DNA of 64,000 bases from Actinomycetes bacterium (GTDB lineage Bacteria; Actinomycetota; Actinomycetes; S36-B12; UBA5976): contig JAKALQ010000001.1 in NCBI GenBank assembly GCA_021824095.1, positions 2,131 through 66,130 on the forward strand, in the 5' to 3' direction. The position numbers and the translations under genes were made by a program. Below are positions 1-7,793 of the stretch, piece after piece; positions within the stretch are counted from its first letter, which is position 1; every line of letters starts with the position of its first letter. The notes under the pieces were generated by a model. The model saw nothing but the letters and a program-made list of their open reading frames with translations. It ran no database searches and had not been told where the DNA came from.

Positions 1-53
1 AGGCCGTACTCAAAGACGGAGCAGCGGAACCTCATCGTCTCGTGTGCGTCCAT
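1..53 (-). CDS. 5' end of an unidentified CDS that runs off the left edge of the window
   Basis: ATG at 53..51 is preceded by a GGGGAGAGG-type RBS (reverse complement of ~57..65). Only 17 codons (MDAHETMRFRCSVFEYG) are visible, so no family call is possible. Confidence 0.25.
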   Translation of the reverse strand, partial: MDAHETMRFRCSVFEYG

Positions 54-163
54 ACACCTCTCCCCACCACGCGATGCAGGTGACCTTCGCAATGTATGCG
101 CGAGCACGGCGCTGTGTATAGGGTCACACGGACGCACGGTTCCCGTCGCTTCCAACTATCCCG

Positions 164-1000
164 CTACGACGTGATGTCCTTGCGGTCGAATGCCAACACC
201 CCGATCGTGACGAACACGGCGAAGAGCACCACCGCATACGCGCTTCCGCGGGCCATGTTCGACCAGTCGATCGAGGGGCTCAATGCATCCGTCCAGGCCT
301 GCGAATAGTGCCCGGGCAGCCAGTTGCGCAGATCGCCAAGCGCGGTGATGGCATCGAGGATCTGCAGCACGATGACGATGATGACGGCACTGCCGACAGC
401 ACCGAGCGGCACGTCGGTGCGCACACTCACGAAGAACGCCAGCCCGGCAGCGACAAGCAGTGAACAACTGATGTACCCGGCAACCACAAGCACGCGGCCA
501 AGCGCAGCTCCGGTGGTGAAGGTGCCACCCACAGGGCTCACGAGCGACGCGCCGCCGAACGCGACCCAGCCGATGGCGAACGAGATGAGGGTGAGCGCCG
601 CGACGGCAGCGAGACTCAGGAGGGCGGCAACCCGCAACTTCACCCAGAGCAGTCGCCGTCGTGGCACAGGAGCAGACAGCAGGTAACGCAGCGTCGACCA
701 GGAGGCCTCCCCCGCCACCGTGTCACCGAAGAAGAGCGCCGTCACGGTGGTGAGCAGGAAGCCCGATCCGAAGAACAGCATGACGAGCACGAAGTTCCAT
801 GCGCCCTTCGTGGAGAGGTCGATGAGGTTCACACTGCCGGTGCTGCTGGAGCTTCCGGAGGCAGGCCCGAATTTGATGGCGAGCACCACGAACAGCGGCA
901 GTGCGAGCATGAGGAGGAACGCGACGAGCGTCCGACGACGTCGCACCTGTCGGATGAGTTCCGTCCGGAAGGGCAGTGGGTGCTGGGTGCGCTGCGTCAT
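164..1000 (-). CDS. ABC-2 type transporter permease
   Basis: 278-aa ORF, strongly hydrophobic with several predicted TM stretches and an N-terminal basic cytoplasmic segment (RQVRRRR). Its ATG overlaps the stop of the upstream ATPase-fusion gene (ATGA at 997..1000). Confidence 0.7.
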   Translation of the reverse strand: MTQRTQHPLPFRTELIRQVRRRRTLVAFLLMLALPLFVVLAIKFGPASGSSSSTGSVNLIDLSTKGAWNFVLVMLFFGSGFLLTTVTALFFGDTVAGEASWSTLRYLLSAPVPRRRLLWVKLRVAALLSLAAVAALTLISFAIGWVAFGGASLVSPVGGTFTTGAALGRVLVVAGYISCSLLVAAGLAFFVSVRTDVPLGAVGSAVIIVIVLQILDAITALGDLRNWLPGHYSQAWTDALSPSIDWSNMARGSAYAVVLFAVFVTIGVLAFDRKDITS

Positions 1001-3579
1001 GTCGTACCGATCGCCAGGTCATCGCCGATGACGTCCATGAAAAAGTCCTCGAGGTGCATGTGGGTGCGGCCGGCAAGCAGGGTGGCGGTGTCGCCCTGCA
1101 CGACCAGGCGGCCGCGGTGCATGACGACGACATGTGAACAGGTCTGCTCGACCTCGCTCAGCAGGTGCGATGACACGATCACGGTGCGACCGGTGGCGGC
1201 ATAGCGCTGCACCACGTCGCGCATCTCACGAATCTGTTGTGGATCCAGGCCGTTCGTGGGCTCATCGAGGACGAGGAGGTCGGGCATGCCAAGCATGGCC
1301 TGCGCGACGCCGAGGCGCTGACGCATGCCCTGGCTGTAGGTGCGCACGGTGCGATCGATCGCCGTGCCGAGGTTGGCGATGGCGAGGATCTCCTCAAGGT
1401 TCGGGTCAGTGTCCGAGCGCCCGCAGGCTTGCCAGTACAGGTCGAGGTTCTGTCGCCCGGTGAGGTGCGGCAGGAATCCGGGACCCTCGACGAGTGCGCC
1501 CACGCGCGCGAGGACCGGGTCGCCCGGTGTGACGCGGGTGCCGAACACGAACACGTCACCCGCCGTGGGGAGGATAAGCCCGAGCACCATGCGCATGGTG
1601 GTGGTCTTCCCGGCGCCGTTGGGCCCGAGCAGGCCGATGACCTCGCCGCGTGGGATGCGATACGAGATGCCGTCCACGGCGCGCAGGCCGTGGGCGAACT
1701 CCTTCACCAGGCCCTCGACGGCCACCGGCACATCGCGCAGGTCTTCGCGAACATCGCCCTGATGGCGACGCGGTCGTCGCACCGCGAGCAGGAGCAGGAG
1801 CAGGAGGACGACGCCGGCCGCACCAGCCGTCCACCACCACGCCGGCGTTGAGGCTGTGAGCGGCTGCAGGCTGGCGGTCGCGACGGACACGCTGGGGTCG
1901 GCAAGCGCAATCGTGTAGAGGGCAGGGCGCTCCGGGGCCCGATAGGCGAAGTCCGTGGTGGCGAATTCGACGCGCAGCACATCGCCGGGCTCGGCCGTGG
2001 AGTAGATCGCCGGCAGGTCAACGGTGACCGTGGTGGGGGTGGGCCCGATGTTGGCGAGGCGGATGGGGGCGACGAGTCCCTCCGGCAAGGTCTCGATGCC
2101 TGCGGGCGTCACAAGCCGAAGGCTGGCGAACAACACGACATCGGAGACGGGTTGCGGGCTGGAGATGGTCACCCGCACACGGCTGCTGCCGACAATGGCG
2201 AGGGGCGCGGTGAGCGGCGCGGAGGGGAAGGCCGCGAACTGGCCGGGCACTGGTCGCGCGAGCAGGCTCGCCGCAGAACCCAGGCCCGGGAGGGCCGAGA
2301 TCGCCGCTGGGATGCCACCTGCCGGCGCCACAACCTGCTGCGCCGGCGCCTGGAGGGCAACGCGCACCGCCTGCTCACCGGCGATGCCGGGGTAGCGGGA
2401 GGCGCGCTCGATGGTGGTCTTGGTACCGCTGCTGCGCCCGAGCAACGGCCCGGTGACAAGGGTGGCTTCGAAGTCGTTGCTCACATGCCCGACGTGGCGC
2501 AGGTACTCGTTGCACCAGTCGGTGACGAGCTGGTTGAGACGTTGCTGCTCGGAGATGCCGCCATCATGGCCACCGCTGTGCCACACCACCTTGAGTGGCG
2601 TGCGGGGATGCGCTGCGGCGATCTCACGCGCGGTCGCGTCCGCCTGAGATAGGGGGAACAGTGAATCGGCCTGACCGGCCATGAGCAGTGTTGGTGCCGT
2701 GATCCGGTTGGTGACGCTCGCGGGCGACGAGGCGCGCAACAGGGCGAGGCCCTGGGCGTCGACGCTGCCGGTGTGCACCGCCTGCTGGTAGAGCGCGCAC
2801 CACTGCGGAGCGAAGCGGCCACAGACACTGGCCTGTCCCGGGATCGTCGTGGAGCCGGCAGTGAAGAGCGACGCCGTCCAGAGCTTCTTGAACACGCCGA
2901 GCTTCGTGGAGCCCTGCACCTGTTGAGGGAACAGCGCCTGTTGCAGGTCGTTGTAGGTGATGTCGGCCGCGACCGCGTCGATGCGGTGGTCGTAGCCGGC
3001 CGCCAGCAACGCGAGCGCTCCGCCGTAGGAGGCGCCGACGACGGCGACGCGTGGATCACCGGGCGCATCCAGTTGCACACCTGAAAGGGTGGCCACCGTG
3101 TCGATGATGCGCCGGACGTCCGCCACCTCGAACTGCGGCGAGTCCATGGAGATGCTGCCGGTGCTGCGGCCGAAGCCGCGCGCGGAGTAGGCGATGGCGA
3201 TGAAGCCGGCGTCGGCCAGCGTGCGCGCCTGGTCCGCAACCGACAGCTTGCTGCCGCCGAAGCCGTGGGCGAGCACCACGACGGGCGCAGGGCCGGACTG
3301 GTGCGGTCGGTAGATGTCGACGTCGAGGCGAACCGGCGTGGGATCGGTGGCGGTGGTGGGGCCACCCGCCACGGTGATCGTCTGCGGGGCGGCCGCATCG
3401 CGCACAACAAACTGCGGAGCGTGTGCAGGCTGCGCATGGGGCATGGCACGCGCGGGAGCCGGTGATGCGGCAACGGCGGACGGCGCTGCAGCCATGAGCA
3501 CGGCCGCGAGCGCCAGCGTCGCACCGGCAACGCCGGACTTGCCGCGTCCCGAACCGCCCTGCCACATGCCGCCCATCAT
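997..3579 (-). CDS. Fusion protein: signal peptide + alpha/beta-hydrolase (CocE/NonD / peptidase S15-like) ectodomain + single TM helix + ABC transporter ATP-binding domain
   Basis: Uninterrupted 860-aa ORF. The N-terminus has a signal-like segment (GVAGATLALAAVLMAAAPSAVAASPAPA). Hydrolase motifs are HGFGGSK, the nucleophile elbow GASYGG, GQADSLF and GGHDGG. The TM helix WWWTAGAAGVVLLLLLLLAV is followed by RRPRRHQ, consistent with the positive-inside rule. The ABC domain has Walker [10 protein letters not shown], signature YSQGMRQR, Walker B LLVLDEPT and H-loop SSHLL. Confidence 0.8.
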   Translation of the reverse strand: MMGGMWQGGSGRGKSGVAGATLALAAVLMAAAPSAVAASPAPARAMPHAQPAHAPQFVVRDAAAPQTITVAGGPTTATDPTPVRLDVDIYRPHQSGPAPVVVLAHGFGGSKLSVADQARTLADAGFIAIAYSARGFGRSTGSISMDSPQFEVADVRRIIDTVATLSGVQLDAPGDPRVAVVGASYGGALALLAAGYDHRIDAVAADITYNDLQQALFPQQVQGSTKLGVFKKLWTASLFTAGSTTIPGQASVCGRFAPQWCALYQQAVHTGSVDAQGLALLRASSPASVTNRITAPTLLMAGQADSLFPLSQADATAREIAAAHPRTPLKVVWHSGGHDGGISEQQRLNQLVTDWCNEYLRHVGHVSNDFEATLVTGPLLGRSSGTKTTIERASRYPGIAGEQAVRVALQAPAQQVVAPAGGIPAAISALPGLGSAASLLARPVPGQFAAFPSAPLTAPLAIVGSSRVRVTISSPQPVSDVVLFASLRLVTPAGIETLPEGLVAPIRLANIGPTPTTVTVDLPAIYSTAEPGDVLRVEFATTDFAYRAPERPALYTIALADPSVSVATASLQPLTASTPAWWWTAGAAGVVLLLLLLLAVRRPRRHQGDVREDLRDVPVAVEGLVKEFAHGLRAVDGISYRIPRGEVIGLLGPNGAGKTTTMRMVLGLILPTAGDVFVFGTRVTPGDPVLARVGALVEGPGFLPHLTGRQNLDLYWQACGRSDTDPNLEEILAIANLGTAIDRTVRTYSQGMRQRLGVAQAMLGMPDLLVLDEPTNGLDPQQIREMRDVVQRYAATGRTVIVSSHLLSEVEQTCSHVVVMHRGRLVVQGDTATLLAGRTHMHLEDFFMDVIGDDLAIGTT

Positions 3580-3699
3580 GCACCCCGACCTGCAGACCGC
3601 CGCGTCCGGGACGTACCCCTGGTCCGAGACGGTGGCTCCCGGATCTGGGATGCGCTCCCCGAGTCAGAGAAGGTCGCCCCGAGTCTGGCGCGCAGCTTC

Positions 3700-3765
3700 T
3701 TCGCTTCGCTCCCTGACGAGCCACGCGACACTGCGTGTCGCGGGCTCGTCAGGGAGTGAAGCGAA
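3700..3765. repeat. Long near-perfect inverted repeat (31-bp stem, 3-nt loop) in a divergent intergenic region
   Basis: 3700..3731 pairs with 3735..3765, checked base by base: one bulged A (3723), one G-T wobble (3708/3757) and loop TGC (3732..3734). The right arm contains the GTG (3735) that opens the PAP2 ORF in the track. Confidence 0.75.
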
Positions 3766-4283
3766 CGGTCAGGCCGTTGCGGGCGCTACGCTCCGATGCC
3801 GTGGACTCCATCATCGTCGCCACCGCGCAGTATGTGCCATTCCTCATCCCGCTCGTCGGGCTGCTCGTGTGGTTGCAGCTGGAGCGCCGCGACAAGGTGG
3901 CGCTGGCCATTCGCGGAGTCGTCGGCCTGATCGTCGCCCTCGCGCTGGTGAAGGTGTTCGGCCACCTCCACACGGATCCGCGCCCCTTCGTCACCGATCC
4001 CACGGTGAAGCCGCTGTTCCCCCACAGCGCCGACAACGGCTTCCCCTCGGATCACACCTCACTCGCCTTCACCGCGTCCCTACTGGTGCTCGCCTACCGT
4101 CGACGCGTCGGCATCGCCCTGCTCGTCGTGAGCCTGCTCGTCGGCCTGGCCCGCGTGGCTGCCCACGTCCATCATCTGCAGGACATCATCGGTGGCATCG
4201 TCATCGGCGTCCTCGCGGCGATGGCGGCGGTGTACGTCGAGCGCCTCATCACAAGCCGTCGCCCGGACCGCGTTCGTCGCTGA
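3735..4283 (+). CDS. PAP2 (type 2 phosphatidic acid/undecaprenyl-diphosphate phosphatase) family membrane protein
   Basis: PAP2 signature blocks are present: K-x9-RP (KVFGHLHTDPRP), PSDH (a PSGH variant) and R-x5-H-x3-D (ARVAAHVHHLQD). The protein is multi-TM. The start is uncertain: GTG 3735 lies inside the hairpin arm, and in-frame GTG 3801 (VDSIIVATAQ..) is an alternative. Confidence 0.75.
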   Translation: MSRARQGVKRTVRPLRALRSDAVDSIIVATAQYVPFLIPLVGLLVWLQLERRDKVALAIRGVVGLIVALALVKVFGHLHTDPRPFVTDPTVKPLFPHSADNGFPSDHTSLAFTASLLVLAYRRRVGIALLVVSLLVGLARVAAHVHHLQDIIGGIVIGVLAAMAAVYVERLITSRRPDRVRR

Positions 4284-4333
4284 CACGGCGCTTGCGCGGG
4301 CTCGTTGATCGAGCGCGCATCCGGCGTCTGGCC

Positions 4334-5392
4334 TCAGCCGGCCATCGCAAGTGCGCGCGACTGTGCCCGCAGGTTGGCCGGAGGCGTAGCGTCCGGCACC
4401 TCACAACCAGCCATCGCGATGAAGCGCTCGCCGCCTTTCAGGCGGCATTCGAGCGTTCCAGCGATGACGTCATCCTCCGTGCCCTGCATGAGGATGGTGA
4501 CCGGATTGATGTTGCCGCAGATCGCGGCAGGTGCGACCGTCGCTGCCGCAACATCGAAGGGCACCATGGAATCAACGTCGATGATGTCAGCGCCGGTCTG
4601 GGCCATCTCGGCCAGTAGGTGCGTGGTGCGGCCACAGATGTGCAACCGGGCCAGCGCACCGCGCGAATGGACGGCGTCGATGATGCGTCGTTGATACGGC
4701 AGGGCGAACTCGCGGTACATCGCGGGCGAGATGAGCGACGTGACCGCATCGCCGATTCCGATGATGTCCGCCCCGGCATCCACTTGTGCCTCAGCAAATG
4801 CGATCTCCTGCAGCGTGCAGAACTCCAGCAGCGCGTGCACCCACGCGGGGTCCTCGGAGACGTCAATCATGATCGGGCTCACGCCGCGCAGATCCGCCGC
4901 CTCGGCCATCGCGCCTTCGACCCAGCCCATGATGGGGATCTCGCCGCCGACCTTCGCTCGGAAGTCATGCAGTGCGGCCAGGCGATCGCTCATGCGCCTG
5001 CCCATACCCGGATCGACGAGCCGCAGATGGTCGATGGATGACCGCTCGACCAGGAGTGGGTCCGCGAGCAGCGGTTGGTCATCATCCGGGAACTCGACAT
5101 CAGAGCCGAGGTCCGCGGCCTCGCGGTAGGGATCGGAGATGGCCTGCACGATGTCAAGGCCGAAATCCTCAACCACGCGGTAGTTCGCATCCGTGAGTGC
5201 ACGATGGTCGAGGTAGTAGTCACGCATCCGGTGCCCCGCGTGGTGCGCAGCGAACGTCATCATGATGTCGAAATTCAGCGGCCGATCCGTCGCCTCACCG
5301 GCGAGGGTCGCACGCAGGCGCTCCATGGAATTCACGAGATGCCCCTCCTCATCCCCCGCCCACTGGTTCACACGCGCCGGGTGAGTGAGCAC
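4334..5392 (-). CDS. Uroporphyrinogen decarboxylase (URO-D) superfamily protein, MtaA/CmuA-like Zn alkyltransferase type
   Basis: 352-aa ORF with a URO-D-like TIM-barrel sequence pattern. A His-x-Cys...Cys zinc motif is present (LHICG and MAGCEVP), as in methylcobamide:CoM methyltransferases. The true start is possibly the internal ATG at 5326 (MERLRATLAGE..). Confidence 0.7.
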   Translation of the reverse strand: MLTHPARVNQWAGDEEGHLVNSMERLRATLAGEATDRPLNFDIMMTFAAHHAGHRMRDYYLDHRALTDANYRVVEDFGLDIVQAISDPYREAADLGSDVEFPDDDQPLLADPLLVERSSIDHLRLVDPGMGRRMSDRLAALHDFRAKVGGEIPIMGWVEGAMAEAADLRGVSPIMIDVSEDPAWVHALLEFCTLQEIAFAEAQVDAGADIIGIGDAVTSLISPAMYREFALPYQRRIIDAVHSRGALARLHICGRTTHLLAEMAQTGADIIDVDSMVPFDVAAATVAPAAICGNINPVTILMQGTEDDVIAGTLECRLKGGERFIAMAGCEVPDATPPANLRAQSRALAMAG

Positions 5393-5463
5393 CCGCGCAT
5401 GCGCCCCATCCTGCGCCCTGCGGTCGATCGGTGGCTAGGGGCGGAGGCGGACAAACGTCTGCG

Positions 5464-6267
5464 TCACCCGAGGAGGGCGTCGATGCGCTCGAGCACGTAG
5501 GTGGGACGCTGGGCGGACGGGGCATCCGCCACCATGTCGCGCGTGCTCTCACCGGTGAGGACGAGTGCAGCATCCATCCCTGCTGCAACCCCCATTGCGA
5601 TGTCGGTGTAAAGGCGGTCACCCACCATGACGCATTCATCCGGTCGCAGCCCCATGCGCCGCATCACGGTCTCCACCATGATCGGGTCAGGCTTGCCGAC
5701 ATTCACCTCGCAACGAACGCCCGTGCAGGCCTCGATCGCGGCCACGATGGCAGCTGCGTCCGGCTCGCCGCGCCCGCCAGGGAACGGGCAGAAGCGATCC
5801 GGGTTCGTCGTCACCAAACGAACCCCCCGATCAGAGCGCAGCGCATCAAACGCGATCTGCAACTTGCGGTACGTGAAGTCCCGGTCATAGCTCGCGATGA
5901 CGATGTCGATGCGCTCCGGATCGGAACTGAGTCGCAACCCGGCCTTCGCCACCGCCTGCACGAGAGGCTCCTCGCCGATGACGAAGACGTTGGCCTCCGG
6001 CGCATGCCCGACAAGCCAGTCCGTCATCGTGACGACGGTGTTCACGATGTCCGTGACGGGAGTTGGGAGGCCGAGGCGCGCAAGCTTGTCGGCGTACATC
6101 GCCGGATCCTTCGTCGGGTTGTTCGACAGGAACACCGTCCGGGCCCCGCGCTCACGCAAGCCGGTGACGAGGTCGAAGGCGCCGGGAAGGAGGCTGTCGC
6201 CGAGGTAGATGGTGCCGTCGAGGTCGAAGATGTACCCGCCGTAGCGCCGCATGACCGCGGTTGTCAT
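5464..6267 (-). CDS. HAD-IIA family sugar-phosphate phosphatase (NagD/AraL-like)
   Basis: DxD nucleophile motif FDLDGT, LSNN motif (FLSNNPT), and C-terminal GKP...MVGDRLYTDI motifs typical of the HAD-IIA subfamily. The ATG overlaps the upstream stop (ATGA at 6264..6267). Confidence 0.85.
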   Translation of the reverse strand: MTTAVMRRYGGYIFDLDGTIYLGDSLLPGAFDLVTGLRERGARTVFLSNNPTKDPAMYADKLARLGLPTPVTDIVNTVVTMTDWLVGHAPEANVFVIGEEPLVQAVAKAGLRLSSDPERIDIVIASYDRDFTYRKLQIAFDALRSDRGVRLVTTNPDRFCPFPGGRGEPDAAAIVAAIEACTGVRCEVNVGKPDPIMVETVMRRMGLRPDECVMVGDRLYTDIAMGVAAGMDAALVLTGESTRDMVADAPSAQRPTYVLERIDALLG

Positions 6268-7793
6268 CGCGTCGTCGCCTGCTCGCCGATGCGCGCAAGG
6301 CCGGGGAAGATGCCTCGCAGTGCCGGGTAGATGCCACGGTAGACGCCGTACAACTCCTCGTAGATGGGCACGCGATCCGGGTCTGGAGTGAAGTGCGCGC
6401 CGATGCCACTCATCTCACAAGCGGCAGTCTCGATGTCCGGATGCAGGCCCGCTGCGACCGCGGCGAGCATGCCCACCCCAAGGCAGGTGCTCTCCGGCTC
6501 ACGGACGATCGCGACATCGCGCTGCAGGACGTCAGCCATGATCTGCGACCACACCCGACTGCGGGACCCACCACCGAGCGCGATGAGTTCACGCACCGGC
6601 GTCCCGGACGCCGCCTCCGCCCCCTCCGTGAGGAAGCGTTGCTCGTAGGCGATGCTCTCGAGGAGCGCCCGGTAGACGTGCGACTTCCCGTGTGCACCCG
6701 TGAGCCCGATCATGGCACCGCGTGCGTGCGGGTCCCAGTAGGGGGTGAGCGCGCCAGTCCAGTACGGGAGCACCATGAGCCCGTCGGCACCCGGCGGCAG
6801 AAGCGCCGCTGCCGTCTCGAGGACCTGCTCCGGCGATAGCTCGAGACCGAGCGCACGTGGGTCGACGCCGGCGAACTTGTTCACGAACCACTGCAGGTTG
6901 AAGGTGCCGCCGCCGATGAAGGTCTCGAAGGTGTAGCCACCGGGCACCGCGGCTGAGAGGACGCGGAAGGCATGGCTGTGTGCGTAGGTGCGGCTGTAGG
7001 TGCCAGCCACGACGCCACTGCCCATGTTGAGGTAGCCGCGTCCGGGCAGGATGGCGCCGGTGCCGAGCTGCGCCGATTGGCCGTCACCGAGTCCGGCAAC
7101 GATCGGGGTTCCGCGGGGGATGTTCAGCTCATCGGCGACGTCGTCGGCAATGGGGGCGACGATGTCACCAGGGGCGACGAGTCGGCAGAACTGGTCACGC
7201 GAGAGGCCGGCCTCGTCGAGCAGTGCGTCGGAGTAGTCGAACGTCGTCATGTCGATGACCCCGAGTGGGTCGGCGCTCCCCCACGACGTCACCCATGCGC
7301 CGGTGAGGCGATGGTTGAGGAAGCCCTGGACGTCGACGATGTGTGAGGCGCGGTGCAGGGTGCTCGGCTCATGGGTGCGCAGCCACAGGAGCTTGTACCA
7401 GGCCGGAGTGAGGTTCGGTGGCTTGCCGGTGATGCCGTGCACTCGCTCGGTGCCGTGCTCCTCGACCTCACGCACGGCACGGCCGTCCATCCACAGCATT
7501 GCGGGACGCAGCGGCTGCCCGAACTCATCGAGGCAGACGAAGGTCTCCCGCTGGTGCGTCACCGCGATCGCTGCGATGCGCGCACTGTCGACGGACTGCA
7601 CGACGCGCGCGAGTGCACGCCGCGTGACCACCCACCAGTCCTCTGCGTTCTGCTCGCCCCACCCGGGGTGCGGATGGCTCGTCTCGTAGGTCGCACGGGC
7701 CTCGGCGATGGCACGGCCCTGCGCATCCCAGACCACCGCCTTCGCAGCCGTCGTCGATGCATCGATGCCGATGACGAGATCACGATCGGTCAT
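6264..7793 (-). CDS. FGGY-family carbohydrate kinase (xylulokinase-like)
   Basis: 509 aa. The N-terminal IGIDASTTAAKAVVWD and HPHPGWGEQNAEDWW motifs match FGGY kinases, and the C-terminal GGGSRS motif is present. ATGA overlap with the upstream gene at 7790..7793. Confidence 0.85.
   Translation of the reverse strand: MTDRDLVIGIDASTTAAKAVVWDAQGRAIAEARATYETSHPHPGWGEQNAEDWWVVTRRALARVVQSVDSARIAAIAVTHQRETFVCLDEFGQPLRPAMLWMDGRAVREVEEHGTERVHGITGKPPNLTPAWYKLLWLRTHEPSTLHRASHIVDVQGFLNHRLTGAWVTSWGSADPLGVIDMTTFDYSDALLDEAGLSRDQFCRLVAPGDIVAPIADDVADELNIPRGTPIVAGLGDGQSAQLGTGAILPGRGYLNMGSGVVAGTYSRTYAHSHAFRVLSAAVPGGYTFETFIGGGTFNLQWFVNKFAGVDPRALGLELSPEQVLETAAALLPPGADGLMVLPYWTGALTPYWDPHARGAMIGLTGAHGKSHVYRALLESIAYEQRFLTEGAEAASGTPVRELIALGGGSRSRVWSQIMADVLQRDVAIVREPESTCLGVGMLAAVAAGLHPDIETAACEMSGIGAHFTPDPDRVPIYEELYGVYRGIYPALRGIFPGLARIGEQATTR

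Noticed and set aside
997-3579. Possibility that the hydrolase-ABC fusion is really two genes or a pseudogene
   Set aside because: Not adopted. The reading frame has no stop codon between the hydrolase, the TM helix and the NBD, both halves keep their catalytic motifs, and the TM/positive-inside topology is coherent. A sequencing-error origin cannot be excluded from one sequence, so the fusion is reported as a finding with that caveat.
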